DNA of 64,000 nucleotides from Pristiophorus japonicus (taxonomy: Eukaryota). The notes under the pieces were generated by a model. The model ran no database searches and was not told where the DNA came from. It saw nothing but the letters and a program-made list of their open reading frames with translations. This document shows, piece after piece, positions 1 through 12,891 of this stretch. Where the stretch lies: the NCBI RefSeq assembly GCF_044704955.1, contig NC_091979.1, positions 129,828,001 to 129,892,000 of the forward strand, written 5' to 3'. Both the position numbers and the translations under genes were made by a program. Position 1 is the first letter of the stretch. Every line of letters begins with the position of its first letter.

Positions 1-104
1 ATATTCACATCACCCGTCCTCATAAAGCTCCACTGGCTTCCCATGTTGGAGTACTGACAAACCTGTTCAGTTGCACCTCATGTAAATATGTTAAATATAT
101 TCAC

Positions 105-276
105 TGAGTATATTTAAAGGTGGTGTTACAGATTTTTGAACGATAAGGGAGTGAAGGTTATGGGGAGCAGACAGGGAAGTGGAGCCGAGACCAAGATCAG
201 ATCAGCCATGATCTTATTGAATGGCGGAGCAGGCTCAAGGGGCCAAATGGCCTACTCCTGCTCCTACTTCTTATGT
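105..276 (+). mobile_element. CR1 LINE 3' end fragment
   Basis: 3' UTR gaatggcggagcaggctc...ggcctactcctgctcct shared with other CR1 copies in the window. Confidence 0.8.
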
Positions 277-1977
277 AAGCAATTTGTCTATCTAAGCAGA
301 CAATGCAGCTATCCTGATATAATCTCCTAAGTTATCTGATCAGATTATTTTGAAAAGTTGAGAATTGAGCTCATAAAATGAAAAGGATATTTCTCTGATA
401 GTATCCAAGACACACGCAAATAGTAAAATCTCCCCACTTCATCACAAATTTGGGCAAGCGGCCTTCAACCTGAGGCTCTAGCGAATTATTGCCGCAAGGC
501 CGTGACAGATTCAGAATGGCAGCAAAAGCCTCTTGGTATGGATGCAGATTTGTTCCAGAGTACAGGGCTCAGAACCTTGACCCACAATGCAACTGCTATT
601 GCCATACTGAACTTGGTCATGGGCCCGTTGGCTGAATGAGGGGTGCTCATGAAGTACCTGCTTTTTACTGTCATTTCTTAAACTGCTCCGAAGTTGGTGC
701 TTTTTCAAATCTTCCAGGAATTCCTCTACTAGCCTATCAAAAATATATTTTCCATCAAGTGACAGTTGCAGCAGTTATTGTTGTAACTCCTACTAGATTA
801 CCCTACCCAGGGAGGACATTGGGAGTGACAAGTTGTAGACACACCATTCTGTAAAGCATTACTAAAAGTCATGGATGTCACCCAACACCAAAGCATGAAC
901 CGCTGCTGCTGAACACCCCAGCCTGCATTTGATCTTTATTAAGGGACACTGGTTGAGTACAAAAGAGACTGCTATTTTTTGGCAATTGTTTCTAATTGTG
1001 TGGCTCTTTGGCAAACAAACCTGCCATTGGGCTCAGTGGAATTGGTTGGACTGTTGACAGTTGATTTATCAACTAACAGCATCCATATATTTCGAACAAC
1101 TGTCAGGGTTTTCCCAACTACTAACATTGTGTGTGATGGCTTCCCATGCTGATAAACAACAAACAACAGGAAACGTAATAGAATATATAAAAAGCCTGAC
1201 AAGGAAGATTAGTTTAAAAATATTTTTTAAACATATGGTCAAAATGTTTTGAAGTTCAGTATAGAATGCGAGGCAGGGGTCATTCTCTGCAGATTGTTTT
1301 CAGTTAACCATTCCCATGATTAGTTTGCTTAAATCATTAATTTCTAATGATCATGGCTTTTGTGGTTCATTCAATTACTTCCTCAGAGGGACATTCATTT
1401 TTGATTTTCCTCTATATTTAGACTATTACTTTGGATGCATGATGTGAAAGATGCCGGTGCCAAGTGGGATTGACGTGGCCTCAGTGACAGCTCCCTGGGA
1501 GTGACCTGAATTTAAATAAGTCCCCATGAAGTAAACTTCAGACTACAAACCAATAGTTCTCTCTTTGAAGGTGTCTGTATGTCTTGCTTGAAATGCTAAT
1601 TGGCATCAGCACACACGTATATGTGCATACTGTTGACATACGTCAGAAGTTTGGTGCTGGCGGTTCCCCACCATCAAAACTGGTACGTCCTATACAATAA
1701 CTGATGCTGGTAGCTCCTCAACATAACAGGTCATGGGGTTAACAGAACACAGCAATACGAGACCAGTGAGACATTGCCTACCCACATCATGATAGTGGCA
1801 GTTGTGTGTTTGTTTCAAGCATGTGCTTTCCTCATAACCAGTCAAGCTATGTTTTACTCCTGTGTTGCATTAAGAATGCTTAAATTAAGAAACAAAATTG
1901 TGTTACATTCCAAATATAGCAAATATTTCATCAAGCAACTGATGCAAGAAGCATGTGAAAAAAAATATAAGGCGGCA

Positions 1978-2690
1978 AAATATTATCTGAATGGTGAGAT
2001 TAGGAAAAGGGGAGGTGCAACAAGACCTGGGTATCATGGTACATCAGTCATTGAAAGGTGGCATGCAGGTACAGCAGGCAGTGAAGGCGGCAAATGGTAT
2101 GTTGGCCTTCATAGCAAGGGGATTTGAGTATAGGAGCAGGGAAGTCTTACTGCAGTTGTACAGGGCCTTAGTGAGGCCTCATCTGGAATATTGTGTTCAG
2201 TTTTGGTCTCCTAATCTGAGGAAGGTCATTCTTGCTATTGAGGGAGTGCAGCAAAGGTTCACCAGACTGATTCCCGGGTTGGCAGGCCTGACATACGAGG
2301 AGAGACTGGATTGACTGGGCCTGTATTCACTGGAGTTTAGAAGGATGAGAGGGGATCTCATAGAAACATATAAAATTCTGACGGGACTGGAAGTCCAGAA
2401 CCGGGGACATAGTCTAAGGATAAGGAGTAAGCCATTTAGGACTGAGATGAGGAGAAACTTCTTCACTCAGAGTTGTTAACACGTGTAATTCCCTACCGCA
2501 GAGTTGTTGATGCCAGTTCATTGGATATATTCAAGACGGAGTTAGATATGGCCCTTATGGCTAAAGGGATCAAGGGGTACAGAGAGAAAGCAGGAAAGGG
2601 GTACTGAGGTGAATGATCAGCCATGATCTTATTGAATGGTGGTGCAGGCTCAAAGGGCCTACTCCTGCACCTATTTTCTATGTTTCTACG
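1978..2690 (+). mobile_element. 5'-truncated CR1 LINE (RT C-terminus + 3' UTR)
   Basis: ORF 1991..2314 has [19 protein letters not shown]; tail ttttctatgtttcta. Confidence 0.9.
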
Positions 2691-3050
2691 TATAAGGATA
2701 TAGGAACAGGGCAGAGATATTGGTTTAGGACTACACCTTGAATGGAGGGTAAACACCAATAGGGACCAAACGGCCCATTTCTGTGCTGTAATTTCTATGT
2801 AATTTTATGCAATGTCTTATTTTTTCTATGTGGAAAGTGTAGGAGAGAACAATGTGGAATCTTAGCTCTGGCAACATTATCACAGTTCAATGGGCTCAAA
2901 TATTCAGAGGGCCACAAATGAAAGTGAAAGGTACCACAAGTGGCCCCTGATCTATTTATAGCTACATGATCCTTTCCTTAATTTTGTTAGAAAAACTTGA
3001 TATTTTGAAATGCATGCAACTGAGACTAAATAAAACAAGAACAACCTTAC

Positions 3051-3183
3051 CTCTTCAGGACACAATTCATGAGTGCAGCTCATGAAATGTGTGCAAACCA
3101 GTGGGAAAGCAATTGAATACCGTGATTGTGAGGGCAGCTCCAAGCATTGGTGAAACATCTTCTCAAAAGGACGACTGTAAAAG
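3051..3183 (-). CDS. NCKAP1: NCKAP1-family coding exon (equiv. exon 17), 133 bp
   Basis: [44 protein letters not shown] (in ORF 2952..3194); acceptor aag, donor gtaagg; the gene continues beyond the window start. Confidence 0.95.
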
Positions 3184-3668
3184 CTTAAGAGCATTAAACA
3201 TCACTTCAATATATTTACAAACAGTAAATACAGTTCCACATGACCAATTATTTCTCAATACAAAAATCTACTTCAACCCTTTCAAATATGAAATTTCAAG
3301 TATTTTCCAATATTGTGCAGCATTTTGTTTAAAATATCAAGAGGAAGGGGTGTCTGCAATCAAGCTTTTGGTGCCAACATTTTTATTAGAAATATAAAAT
3401 ATGCTGCATTTATACAAATCTTTCAAACTTCTAATACTAAGCTAATGTGTTATTTTTTTCTTGCACTAGGAATGGAAAATTGGATAGGTCACTGATGTGG
3501 ATGGAAAGGAAAAAAATTAAGTAGTAAGAGCAATAGGGTGGACTCTGGTATCTGTTATCCACAGGCTAATCCTAAGATACACCTCTGGTATTTTGCATGT
3601 CATCACAGATTAGTATGATTCACATATGAGCAAGTCTTTACTGTATCAATTTGCTTTTGTACCTTAAT

Positions 3669-4287
3669 GGCCCAGAAATCCCCGTTGGCTGCTTCCCGCG
3701 GGCGATCGGGTAAAAAACTTGAAAAAGAAGCGCACTTACCTGAAGCTGCTGCGCCCATGAGAGTTCCCGGTCGAGGCCTCCACTGACTGCGCGTCGCAGC
3801 GCGTGCACGTCAGGACATGCACAGGGCTGGGACTGCAGTCACATGACTCTCGGCAGCCAATCAGGTAAAGTATGTTCTCATTCATAATAATGGGAACTCC
3901 GCAAGTTGGAATTGCCAATATGAACCACCACCCCTCCCAAACAAACATTAATAAAAAATAGAAAAAATACACTACATTAATTTAAATCAAAGTTATTTAT
4001 GTATTAAAATATTTGATTATTTTAAAGTTTTTAAAATTATGCTTTAAAATAAATTTAACGCAGTGCACAGGGTTTTTATAAATAATTTTTTTTTCAATTT
4101 TATTTTTTATGTTTTAAGTGTGTTTTAAAACTATTACGCCTGTAAAAGTAAACTATGCTCCAGCTTGACAGATCGGAAAAGCCGGTTTTCAGCGCATGCG
4201 CATTGTGCGCTGAATACCGACTTTTGCAATGCCTTCCAGGTTCCGTACAGACTCAGTACGGACCCTGGAGGCCAGAATTTCTGCCGC
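3669..4287. mobile_element. Non-autonomous DNA transposon (MITE), putative PIF/Harbinger-like
   Basis: Imperfect TIRs GGCCCAGAAATC ... GAATTTCTGCCGC; CpG-rich blocks around an AT-rich centre; no coding capacity. Confidence 0.55.
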
Positions 4288-4344
4288 ATAGGATTCAAGG
4301 TAAGCTTTTTTGTATCATTCCTTGATGCAAATAAGAGAACAAGA

Positions 4345-4525
4345 CGGCTGAGGAAGTGGATGAGCACACCGTACTTTCACCTTTGGGCTTCGAGTTTGAA
4401 ATCAGCTCAGACCCAATTGGATGCATGTCTCCTTTCTGCTAGTTATGAAGGCCCTATCTCAGTTCCAAGTGGCTGCAGTCTCTCAGCACAAAACTGTCAT
4501 CATTTGGTACTAAACGGCAACTGGA
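4345..4525 (+). mobile_element. Degenerate LF-SINE-like tRNA-SINE fragment
   Basis: Collinear blocks ctttcacctttgg..ttgaaatcagctcag, cagttccaagtgg, cacaaaac, ttggtactaaacggca resemble the recalled LF-SINE consensus. Confidence 0.5.
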
Positions 4526-4847
4526 ATGAATGATATGGGAAATGAAAATGTCACCTGCTGCAGTAGAGTGTGCTTGAAATGGAAACTGTTCCAACCCCCT
4601 TCCCAGCAATAGCTGAGATGAAAACAGAAATTAAAATAAAATGGATGGATGATAGCATTACATAAGCAGCAACAGACTGAGGGGTTCAGGTAAAGTCATG
4701 ACCCAGAAATACAAAGCTTGGTTCATTGCCACCTAAACCGAAGTATATTACACTTTTCAACGCACACATAATTAATCTATTCCCCACATCCGCCCTCCAA
4801 TTTCCAAGTTTTTGTTTGAGTGTTGGCATTGACTTGGAAAGAATTTA

Positions 4848-6194
4848 GGGCTCCATTTTGGCCACCATTCTGAGCTGTTCTTTTGGCATATGCAGCTTTT
4901 TTTTTTGGAGCAGACAATAATCTAAGTTTGGCCAAAGTTTCTGCGCTGTTCTAAAGTAGGTATGTCCGAATTTTACATCACTGGGGGGGAACCTTCCGGG
5001 TGCACCACTTCTGGCCATTTAAGCGAGTTTGGTCAAGTACGATTTTTTTCTAAAATGGCGTACTGCACGCTTGTGAAAAACCTTCCCAACACTTAAGAAA
5101 ATCGGCAGTGAGAAGAGAAAATTGCCGGAGGGAAGACGCCATTGTTCAGCGGAGCGGAAGACAGGGCAGGTAGGTGGGGGGAGATGGGTCATTTCGGCCT
5201 GGGATAGATGCGGGCTGGCCCACTGCCGGCCCGGGCCGGAAGGACCCCGCACCGCCCACTGCCGGCCCGGAAGGACCCCGCACCGCCCACTGCCGGCCCG
5301 GAAGGACCCCGCACCGCCCACTGCCGGCCCGGAAGGACCCCGCACCGCCCACTGCCGGCCCGGAAGGACCCCGCACCGCCCACTGCCGGCCCGGAAGGAC
5401 CCCGCACCGCCCACTGCCGGCCCGGAAGGACCCCGCACCGCCCACTGCCGGCCCGGAAGGACCCCGCACCGCCCACTGCCGGCCCGGAAGGACCCCGCAC
5501 CGCCCACTGCCGGCCCGGAAGGACCCCGCACCGCCCACTGCCGGCCCGGAAGGACCCCGCACCGCCCACTGCCGGCCCGGAAGGACCCCGCACCGCCCAC
5601 TGCCGGCCCGGAAGGACCCCGCACCGCCCACTGCCGGCCCGGAAGGACCCCGCACCGCCCACTGCCGGCCCGGAAGGACCCCGCACCGCCCACTGCCGGC
5701 CCGGAAGGACCCCGCACCGCCCACTGCCGGCCCGGGCTGGGAGGACCCCGCACCGCCCACTGCCGGCCCGGGCTGGGAGGACTCCGCACCGCCGACTACC
5801 GGCCCGGGCCGGGAGGACCCCGCACCGTCCGCTGCGATCCCGGGCCGGGAGGACTCCGCACCGCCCGCTGCGATCCCGGGCCGGGAAGACTCTGCACCGG
5901 TGCAAGGTCCTTTCGGCCCGGGAAGACAGCGGCTTCAGTTTCCAGCCCAGCCTCTGCCCTTTTTCAGTTTCTAACCTCAGCCCTTTTGAGCGTCCCTCAT
6001 TACCCTCACATCATCAGTTTTTGGCACAGGCCTTCAGCTCCACCCACAAAGCTTAAGGCCAATCTGCGCCGCTCCAAATTCGAAGTTAATTCCGGCGAAA
6101 CATGGATTTTTTTTTTTGGCGCATTTGGGCCACTAAAAAATCGTGCTTACCTCTTCAATTGCGCCAAAAATCACCCATGTGGAAAATTGAGCCC
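4848..6194. mobile_element. MITE (putative PIF/Harbinger-like) carrying an internal minisatellite
   Basis: TIRs GGGCTCCATTTT (4848) and AAAATTGAGCCC (ends 6194); the same terminus recurs at 54102. Confidence 0.7.
5221..5900. repeat. GC-rich minisatellite: 15 perfect 31-bp units (5257-5721) flanked by 36-bp variant units
   Basis: Unit cactgccggcccggaaggaccccgcaccgcc (25/31 GC, 4 CpG per unit); explains the overlapping repetitive ORFs on both strands. Confidence 0.97.
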
Positions 6195-8805
6195 TCGAAG
6201 AGAAGGGAGAACTATCCGTGGCTAACTAAGGAAGTAAAGGACGGTATCAAATTGAAAACAATGGCAAACAATGTTGCCAAGATTAGTGGGAGGCCAAAGG
6301 ATTGGGAAATTTAAAAAAACAGCAAAGGTCGATTAAAAAAAAGAGAAGATGGATTATGAGAGTAAACTAGCAAGAAATATAAAAACAGATCGTAAGAGCT
6401 TCTACAGGTATATAAAAAGGAAGAGTGTAACTAAAGTAAACGTTGGTCCCTTAGAGAATGAGATTGGGGAATTAACAATGGGGAACAGGGAAATGGCAGA
6501 GACTTTGAACAAATATTTTGAACAAATACTTCATGGTAGAAGACACTAAAACATCCCAATAATAGATCATCAAGCTATTGGGAGGGGGGGGGGGGGGCGG
6601 GAGAACTTAAAACAATCACTATCACTAAAGAAACAGTACTCGGTAAAGTAACAGTACTAAAGGTGGACATGTCCCTTGGACCTGATGGCCCAGATCCTGT
6701 GGTCTTAAAAGAAATCTACCAAAATTCCCTGGATTCTGGGGAGATCCCAGCAGATTAGAAAACCACAAATTTAACGCCCCTATTTAAAAAAGGAAGGAGA
6801 CAGAAAGCAGTAAACTATAGACCAGTTAGCCTAACATCTGTTGTTGGGAAAATGCTGGAGTCCATTATTAAGGAAGCAGCAGCAGGACATTTGGAAAATT
6901 ATAATGCAGTCAAGCAGAGTCAGCATGGTTTTATGAAAGGGAAATCATGTATGACAAATTTGCTAGAGTTCTTTGAGGATGTGAAGAGCAGGGTGGATAA
7001 GGGGGAACCAGTGGTTGTGATGTATTTGGATTTCCAGAAGGCATTCGATAAGGTGCCACATAAAAGGTTACTGCACAAGATAAAAGCTCACGGGGTTGGG
7101 GGTAATATATTAGCATGGAGAGGGGATTGGCTAACTAACAGAAAACAGAGTCAAGATAAATGGGTCAATTTCCAGTTGGCAAACGGTAATTAGTGGGGTG
7201 CCACAGGGATCGGTGCTGGGGCCTCAACTATTTACAATCTATATTAATGATTTGGATGAAGGGACTGAGTGTAATGTAGCCAAGTTTGCTGATGATACAA
7301 AGATGGGTGGGAAAGCAAGTTGTGAGGAGGACACAAAGAATTTGCAAAGGGAAACAGGCAGGCTAAGTGAGCGGACAAACATTTGGTAGATGGAGAATAA
7401 TGTGGGAAAGTATGAGGTTATCCACTTTGGCAGAAAAACATTAAAAAGCAAATTATTTAAATGGAGAGAGATTACAAAATGCTGCAGTACAGAGGGATCT
7501 GGGGATCCATGTGCATGAGACACAAAGTTAGTATGTTGGTATAGCAAGTAATCAGGAAGGCAAATGGAATGTTGACCTTTATTGCAAGGGGGATGGAGTA
7601 TAAAAGCAGAGAAGTCCTGTTACAAGTGTACGGGGAATTGGTGAGACCACACCGAGAGTTCTGCTTACAACTTTGGGCTCCTTATTTAAGGAGTGATCAC
7701 AGGCAGTCCCTCGGAATCGAGGAAGACTTGCTTCCACTCTAAAAATGAGTCCTTAGGTGACTGAACAGTCCAATACGGGGGACAGACAGTCGTTGAGGGA
7801 AAGGTTGGGTGGGACTGGTTTGCCGCATGCTCTTTCCGCTGCCTGCACTTTATTTCTACATGCTCTCGCCGATGAGACTCGAGGCGCTCAGCGCCCTCCT
7901 GGATGCGCTTCCTCCACTTAGAGCCAGGAACTCCCAGGTGTCGGTGGGAATGTTGCACTTTATCAGGGAGGTTTTGAGGGTGTCCTTGAAATGTTTCCTC
8001 TGCCCACCTTTGGCTTGTTTGCCATGAAGGAGTTCCGAGTAGAGCGCTTGCTTTGCAAGTCTCGTGTCTGGCATGCAGACAATGTGGCCTGCCCAGCCGA
8101 GCTGATCGAGTGTGGTCAGTGCTTCAATGCTGGGGATGTTGGCCTGGTCGAGGATGCTAATGTTGGTGCGTCTGTCCTCCTAGGGGATTTTCAGGATTTT
8201 GCAGAGACATCGTTGGTGGTATTTCTCCAGCGATTTGAGGTGTCTACTGTACATGATCCATGTCTCTGAGCCATACAGGAGGGTGGTTATTACTACAGCC
8301 CTGTAGACTTTGAGCTTGGTGGCAGATTTGAGGGCCTGGTCTTCGAACACTCTTTTCCTCGGCAGTTCAGAGAAGGTTCACGAGGTTGATTTGTGAGATG
8401 AAGGGGTTGACTTATGAAGAAAGGTTGAGCCTATATGAGAGGTGATCTTATTGAAATATATACTGAGGGGGGCTCGACAAGGTAGATGTAGAGAGGCTGT
8501 TTCCACTTGTGGAGGAATCTAGAACTAGGGGGCATAGTTTACGAATAAGGGGCCGCCTATTTAGAACGGAGATGAGGAGGAATTTCTTCTCGGTTATAAA
8601 TCTGTGGAATTCTCTGTTCCAGAGAGCTGTGGAGGTTGGGTCATTGAATATATTTAAGGTGGGGATACAGATTTTTGAACGATAAGGGAGTGAAGGGTTA
8701 TGGGGAACAGGCAGGAAAGTGGAGCTGAGCCGAAGATCAGATCAGCCATGATATTGAATGGCGGAGCAGGCTCGAGGGGCCTAATGGCCTACTCCTGCTC
8801 CTATT
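6195..8805 (+). mobile_element. Degenerate CR1 LINE (ORF2 fragments to 3' UTR), interrupted by an RTE
   Basis: QHGFMKGKSC, YLDFQKAFDKV, PQGSVLGP, FADDTK motifs with frameshifts. Confidence 0.9.
7696..8360 (-). mobile_element. RTE/BovB-like LINE 3' fragment nested in CR1
   Basis: MPDTRLAKQALYSELLHGK..GGQRKHFKDTLK C-terminal motif; same family as 13865 and 61344. Confidence 0.85.
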
Positions 8806-10261
8806 GCAGCCAAAAGTCTGTTTTTAAGTTTATGTGAAAAGGGTTGAGCAGCTTCCCTGTACATCAAGAGTATTAGATGCGCAGCCCATAGTCCTGATCC
8901 GACTGCAAAACAGTTCAACCCGGCCAGTATGCCTATGTGTTTACAACGAGAGCATCGTCTGCGAGCTGCGCAAGTCATGCATGCATGTGATAGTCTTATC
9001 GTTGTAGTTGCGCACTAGAACATGGCAGTTCAGTAGAGAACAGTGGCTTCAGGCTGAGCGACTGTGTTTCACACTGCGGGTGAGTAAGGGCAGGATTTAG
9101 CCAGGGAGTGGGTGGGTGGGTACTGCCAGCTTGAGTCCTGTCTGTCATGAAAGCCTTTTTGTGCTGGGTCACTAGGGGTTGCACACGGTGTGCCATACGC
9201 CCCAATTTTACATTGCAGGCTCCAACCACTGCCATTCATGCCGGGCTGAGATAGTAGGAGAGGGGAGCAGTGTGGGGTATAACTATAACCCAGCTCCTTT
9301 TGCTCCTCTCTCGGCAACAAACCCCACAAACAGACCGGGGCCCGATGCCCCCATCTCAACTGTCAGCTCCTTGTTTGGGATCTTGCAGAGCTTGCAGCTG
9401 GAGCCAGAGCCCAAGCTTCAATTAGCAGCTGGGGAAACAGCTGAACAATGAGATTTGGGAGGAGAAAAGCTGTCCTGGGGATGGGGATTACTTTTCTAAA
9501 TTACTTTTAAATAACATATTTGTCATAATTTTTTGAAGAGCATCTCACTCCTCAATGTACTGATTTTAAAATGTTTGGAAGAATAGCGAGATGGATTGAT
9601 ATCTATTTCAGAAATCTAATGCAGTGAATGGATTTGTTCTTTATCTCATATATGTCAATCCTGCACAGCCTGCTAACAAACTTCCTTGGTTCTTGTCTTG
9701 ATAGTTCCAAATGTAAACTGTTTCTGGAGTATGTGATTATAAATCTGGACCCCACAATAGTTAAGTAGCAAGGTATTGGACAGCATGTTGGACCAGTGGC
9801 ACACCCAAGCACTTTCATTTTTTTCCCGATTTGGAGGAGTAAGAAAAGGAAAAGGTGAGTTCGTAAAATACAATTATCCAGAACAGACAAAGCTGAAATA
9901 ACTTGGATCTGGTAGTCCAATCTTTGACATGAAATCCAAAGAGAGAGAGAGAGAAGCAGAATCCTTAACAAAGAATTAATATATAGCATTCTGGAGTTCC
10001 CCTCTAGTTTGAAAGAAAAATGTGGCTTTTTAAAAAAAAGTTATTTACTGCACTATTATGACTTCATGACTGTAATACAGGGTCTGACACAGGAGAACAG
10101 CTGAAAGACGGGATTGGAGGGGCGGAGGAGAGAGACTGTCCTGGTGGCTGAGATTTTAATGATATAAATCCATAAATCTTGGAAAGGCAGATGTGGCCAT
10201 GCCTAAATCCATTGATATGCTTATATTTCCACCATTTACTTTACAGATGGTGATAGATGAT

Positions 10262-10916
10262 CAACAACAACTTGTATTAATAGAATGCCTTTAACGTAGT
10301 AAAACATCCCAAGGTGCTTCACAGGAGTATTACAAAGCAAATAAATTTGACACCTAGCCAAATATGGAGAAATTAAGACAGGTGACCAAAAGCTTGGTCA
10401 AAGAGGTAGGTTTTAAGGAGCATCTTAAAAGGTGGAAAGAGGTATAGAGAGGCAGAGAGGTTTAGGCAGGGAATTCCAGAGCTTAGAGCCGAGGCAACAG
10501 AAGGCACGGACACCAATGGTTCAGTGATTATAAGCAGGAGGGCAGAATTAGAAGAGCAGATATCTCTGGGGGTCTGTGGGGATTACAGAGATAGGGAGGG
10601 ATGAAGCCATGGAGGGATTTGAAAATAAGGATGAGAATTTTGAAATTGAGGCGTTGCTTAACCGGGAGCCAATGTAGGTCACTGAGCACAGGTCAGAAGT
10701 GCATTGGAAGAGTCAAGTCTAGAGGTAACAAAGGCAAGGTGAAGGGTTTCAGTAGCAGATGAGTTGAAACAAGGGCAGAGAAGGGTTGATGTTACGGAGG
10801 TGGAAATAGGTGGTCTTAGTTATGCCGCGGATATGTGGCCAGAAGCTCATTTCGGAGTCAAATATGACACCAAGATTGCAAACAGTGTGGTTCAGCATCA
10901 GAGAGAGGGATGGGGT

Positions 10917-10982
<66 letters not shown>

Positions 10983-11700
10983 TGGGGGGGGGGGTTTGAG
11001 AGAGATATGGGGGGGGGGGTTGAGAGATATATGGTGGGCGGGCGCGCGTGAGCGCGACAGGGGGCGCGAGAGGGAGTCTCAGACAGATGAGAGTCCGTGG
11101 CTAGGGAACATAGTTTGTGGCGGGGACCGAAAACAATGGCTTCGGTCTTGCCAATTTCTGCTAATCCAGAACTGGTTGTTGGACAAGCAGTCTGACAATT
11201 TAGAAACCGTGGAGGGGCGAGAGAAGTGCTATTGAGGTAGAGCATGGTGCCATCAGCGTACATGTGGTAACTAACACTGTTTTCGGATGATGTCGCCAAG
11301 GGGCAGCATGTAGATGAGAAATAGGAGGGGTCCAAAGGTAGGTCCTTGAGGGACACTAGAGGTAACGATGCAGGAGTGGGAAGAGAAGCCATTGCAGGTG
11401 ATTCTTTGGCTACGATTAAATAGATAAGGATGGAACCAGGCGAGCTCAGTCCCACCCAACTGCACGACAGTGGAGGCATTGGAGAAGGATGGAATGGTCA
11501 ACCATGTTAAAGGCTGCAGACAAGCCAAGAAGGATGAGATGGATTAGTTTACTTTGGGCGACAACACGTTCAAGGACTTTGGAGTGGAACACGAGGTTGG
11601 AAATGGGGCAGTAGTTTGCAAGGACGAAGGGGCTAAGGGTTGATTTTTTGAGGGGGGTGATGAGGACAGCAGATTTGAGGGAGAGGGAGACAGTACCCGA
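10262..11700 (-). mobile_element. L2 LINE fragment
   Basis: VPQGPTFGPLLFLIYMLPLG, YHMYADGT; (caa)n-type 3' tail at 10262. Confidence 0.85.
10920..10980. repeat. (GA)n microsatellite within L2
   Basis: About 30 GA dinucleotides followed by poly-G/GA variants. Confidence 0.95.
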
Positions 11701-12010
11701 GCATGTAACAGTTCAATGATTGAATCTTAAATAAAAGTTATTTAACTGAACCCATGCTAAACAGTTCACTCGAGACAAACAATTACAGGCAGCTTCACTG
11801 CACTATAAAAGAAAATCTAGCTTTTTAAGGTGCTTCAATAGTCTTCACTGTCATTATGTACTACCTCTCAAACTGTGTAGTTTGTACTTAAAACACATGC
11901 AGCGCTAATTAAGTTAATTACCAGAACATTCACATCAATTACTTTGTGGACATGAATGGGAAGCCCACGTGCTTGATTTATAAGCAAAAGGTAGCTGCAG
12001 TGAAAGAATA

Positions 12011-12197
12011 CAGGTACAACGTCCAGAGTCCGGTTGTCCGAAAACCGCAATTGTCCGAAAGCTGGACATTTTTGCGGCAGCCAAGACGGTGACATCAGAC
12101 AGCAAGGAGCACCAACAGCGAGGTCCAAAACCCTGAAAAATCCGAAAACCGGCATGAACTCGGTCCCGAGGTTGCTGGATTTCAGACGTTGTACTTT
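12011..12197. mobile_element. Tc1/mariner (Tigger/pogo-like) MITE
   Basis: TA|CAGGTACAACGTC ... GACGTTGTAC inverted termini; internal tccgaaa repeats. Confidence 0.7.
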
Positions 12198-12339
12198 GGA
12201 AAGATTATGAAGTAAACCAGGGTGAGAAAGATAAGTGCACAAGAAAATTACAGAAAGATACACTTTCTGAATTAGCACCATCATTTAAAAAACAGTAATC
12301 AATGTTTGCTACGTTAAGTGATGGTGCTGTTGAGACGCA

Positions 12340-12632
12340 CTATGCAATTGTCCATGATTTCCCAAAAATAGCAATGAGTTAAATGATCAGAAAATCTGTT
12401 TTAGTGACATTGGCTGAGGGACAAATATTGCCCAGGACACCTGGAGAACTTCCATACTCTTCTTTGATAAGTGCAATGGCATATTTTAATGCCTCATTCT
12501 AAAGATGACATTTCTCTCTGACTGTGCAGCACACCCTCAGTAATGCACTGAAATATCAGCCTAGATTACGTGCTCAAGTGTCTGGATGGGGCTTAATACC
12601 ACAACCTTCTGACTCTCAAGAGCCAAGCCTGA
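12340..12632 (-). mobile_element. DeuSINE (SacSINE1/AmnSINE1-type Deu domain) relic
   Basis: Reverse strand reads cagtgcattactgagggtgtgctgcacag...gttctccaggtgtcctgggcaatattt..ccctcagccaa, matching the recalled Deu-domain core. Confidence 0.7.
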
Positions 12633-12891
12633 CACTATCCAAAAACACATCTTCATTTGTTTGTATAGTCCTTACGACATAAAAATACAAAAAATACTGT
12701 TGGACTATGTACTTTGTCAAGCATCTGCCAAAGTGTAGTGGAAGTTTGAAGTCAAGGGAAAAAAGTGCCAATTATTTTCTGCACAAAAGCACCAATTCCC
12801 ATAGGCTCGTGAATATCTAAATTTAATTATCTCGAGTAAAAGCCTTAAAAAACAGGTATACGGTTGGTCTGCTAAAGTGTCTTCTGCTGCT

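Noticed and set aside
280-3050. Next NCKAP1 exon ([22 protein letters not shown]...)
   Set aside because: Not found on the minus strand; it must lie outside the window
5221-5900. CRISPR-like array
   Set aside because: Head-to-tail tandem units with no unique spacers, no cas genes, vertebrate intron context
5019-6225. Six long overlapping Pro/Arg/Gly-rich ORFs (204-367 aa)
   Set aside because: Artefact of a stop-free 31-bp repeat read in all frames; no splice or coding signature
10764-11479. ORFs with RERERE / SLSLSL runs
   Set aside because: Translation of a (GA)n microsatellite inside an L2
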